From Macrostomum hystrix (lineage: Eukaryota; Animalia; Platyhelminthes), in the NCBI GenBank assembly GCA_950097015.1, contig CATNEN010000031.1:1860001-1924000 (forward strand): a DNA stretch of 64,000 nucleotides, written 5' to 3'. This document shows positions 62,901 through 64,000 of this stretch, piece after piece (positions within the stretch are counted from its first letter, which is position 1; every line of letters starts with the position of its first letter). The translations under genes and the position numbers were made by a program. The notes under the pieces were generated by a model. The model saw only the letters and a program-made list of their open reading frames with translations, was not told where the DNA came from and ran no database searches.

Positions 62901-63057
62901 GGATCAGCGAGCGGCCAGACAGTTTAATAGTCGCTCCAACGCGGCCGTCTCCTCGCCGGAGCTCCAACTACCAGAGGACGAAGCGACTCCGGTGTCTGTG
63001 CGCGACGCGTCCAGTCGTGTGTCCAGCGGCCTGCTCGAAAAGCTGCTCAGCGCGTGA
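59956..63057 (+). CDS. PAS-A/PAS-B/PAC protein with LxxLL motifs (bHLH-PAS/p160 NCOA-like, no bHLH seen), about 491 aa
   Basis: Exons 59956-60208, 60651-60776, 60837-61116, 61598-61713, 62074-62203 and 62487-63057 are phase-consistent (1476 nt). PAS-A LVLDLVDGFLLV...YASSNLSKYL...LLHAEDR; PAS-B/PAC GDYFLGKNWNQLVAPSD...IYRCQVAPGRVAYVKT. LLDLL and a terminal LLEKLLSA* are present. The start may lie in an unseen upstream exon. Confidence 0.8.
60320..60530 (+). mobile_element. SINE family A, degenerate intronic copy
   Basis: GGAGTTCGATTCTC B-box, TAGCTGTAAAATGGGTTCTAGCATTAGCT and CCCCAGTCCACGGACTG. Confidence 0.55.
61808..61975. repeat. 21-bp minisatellite (CTCCGCCTGTCTCC(C/T)T(A/C)CTCA), about 8 copies, in a PAS-gene intron
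   Basis: Direct inspection; within intron 61714-62073. Confidence 0.9.
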
Positions 63058-64000
63058 AGGGTCTACTGCTTTGTCATAAATCTAGCCGGACAGCCGATTT
63101 TCATGCCCCATCCTTTCAGTCCCATGCCCTACCAGGCATACGCTCGCACATTGCGGCTGCTTCTTGTAATCATCATTTTTATTCGTTACTTTTTATTTCC
63201 TTAGCTTCTGCGCGCTTCAAATTGGCACCAGACAAATAAGATTTGCCCAGGCCATCTGGATGATTTAGTTTACACTTGTATGCATCCCATTACTGGCAGT
63301 AGTTGTTGTAGGGCACGTAAGTTTATTATACAATTACATGGTTAAATATTTGTGTCTTAGGCCTGGAAAGTCTATCTCTATTGTAATAAATAAACTTAAT
63401 AGACTCAAGATGGACTCTCCGTGCTTGCTCTTGCGTGCTTTCCGTGCTTGCTCTTGTTCCTTTTAAATATCATCGACTCATTTTTCTTCACTTGCTAAGA
63501 AGCAGCCGTCAGTAAAAGGCTTATCGCAGTCTTGGGCATTGGTGTTTTTATTTGAACTTTATCATTTTACTATTTTTCACTATTCAAATGATGTTTTGAT
63601 TGAGCTGACTGCTTGCGTATATTGTTGAATAATATTTAACTATCTTTCGGACTCCAGCTATTTTGTTGACTAGTGTTTTCTATTGTTTGTGTTTTAGCTT
63701 TTAATAAATCTAGTTGCATATACATCATACCTAACAGTTGTCATTCAACCGCTAGCACGCGCACAACTTGCTCATCTACCATATCCCAGTATGGCTTATA
63801 TGTATATTTTCTTGATTTTGTAGTCCTATATTTATTTACACCCTCGGTCTCTCGTCCCTTGCGTGTGACCCAGGCTAAACCCAGGCAGAAATGTTAACTC
63901 TTGCATCATATGCTCACACCTTCATACCCACCTTCCTCTCTCCGGAGAACCGGTTCAAGAGTTCCTAGAAGCTGAATCAGAACACCGCCTGGTGTTGTTC

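Overview
Eukaryotic (metazoan) genomic DNA with short GT-AG introns (often GTGAGT/GTAAGT donors), GC-rich exons with poly-Q/poly-A runs, AT-rich introns and many minisatellites, SINEs and MITEs. This style suggests a free-living flatworm such as Macrostomum (inference, not searched). Gene models were assembled by hand with splice-phase checks: a TOX-family HMG-box gene (+, 7286-8689); a 3-exon temptin-domain gene with a signal peptide and a GPI-like tail (+, 11822-12465); a 7-exon DLGAP/GKAP-family gene (-, 17074-23261); a 2-exon RNF217-like RBR E3 ligase (+, 27481-29870); and a 6-exon PAS-PAS protein with LxxLL motifs and no visible bHLH (+, 59956-63057). The standout is a 14-exon minus-strand model (33718-56875, about 5,480 aa). 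In it a 13.5-kb exon, carrying about 31 acidic 85-aa repeats and three 287-aa blocks, is spliced in phase between one N-terminal and four C-terminal degenerate galectin-like domains. Repeats include a 170-bp satellite at the window start, a complete non-autonomous Helitron with a PIF1 fragment and a nested hAT MITE, a Mutator-like MITE, a TTAA-flanked MITE family, two tRNA-derived SINE families and several intronic minisatellites. No database searches were run; family calls rest on recalled motifs.
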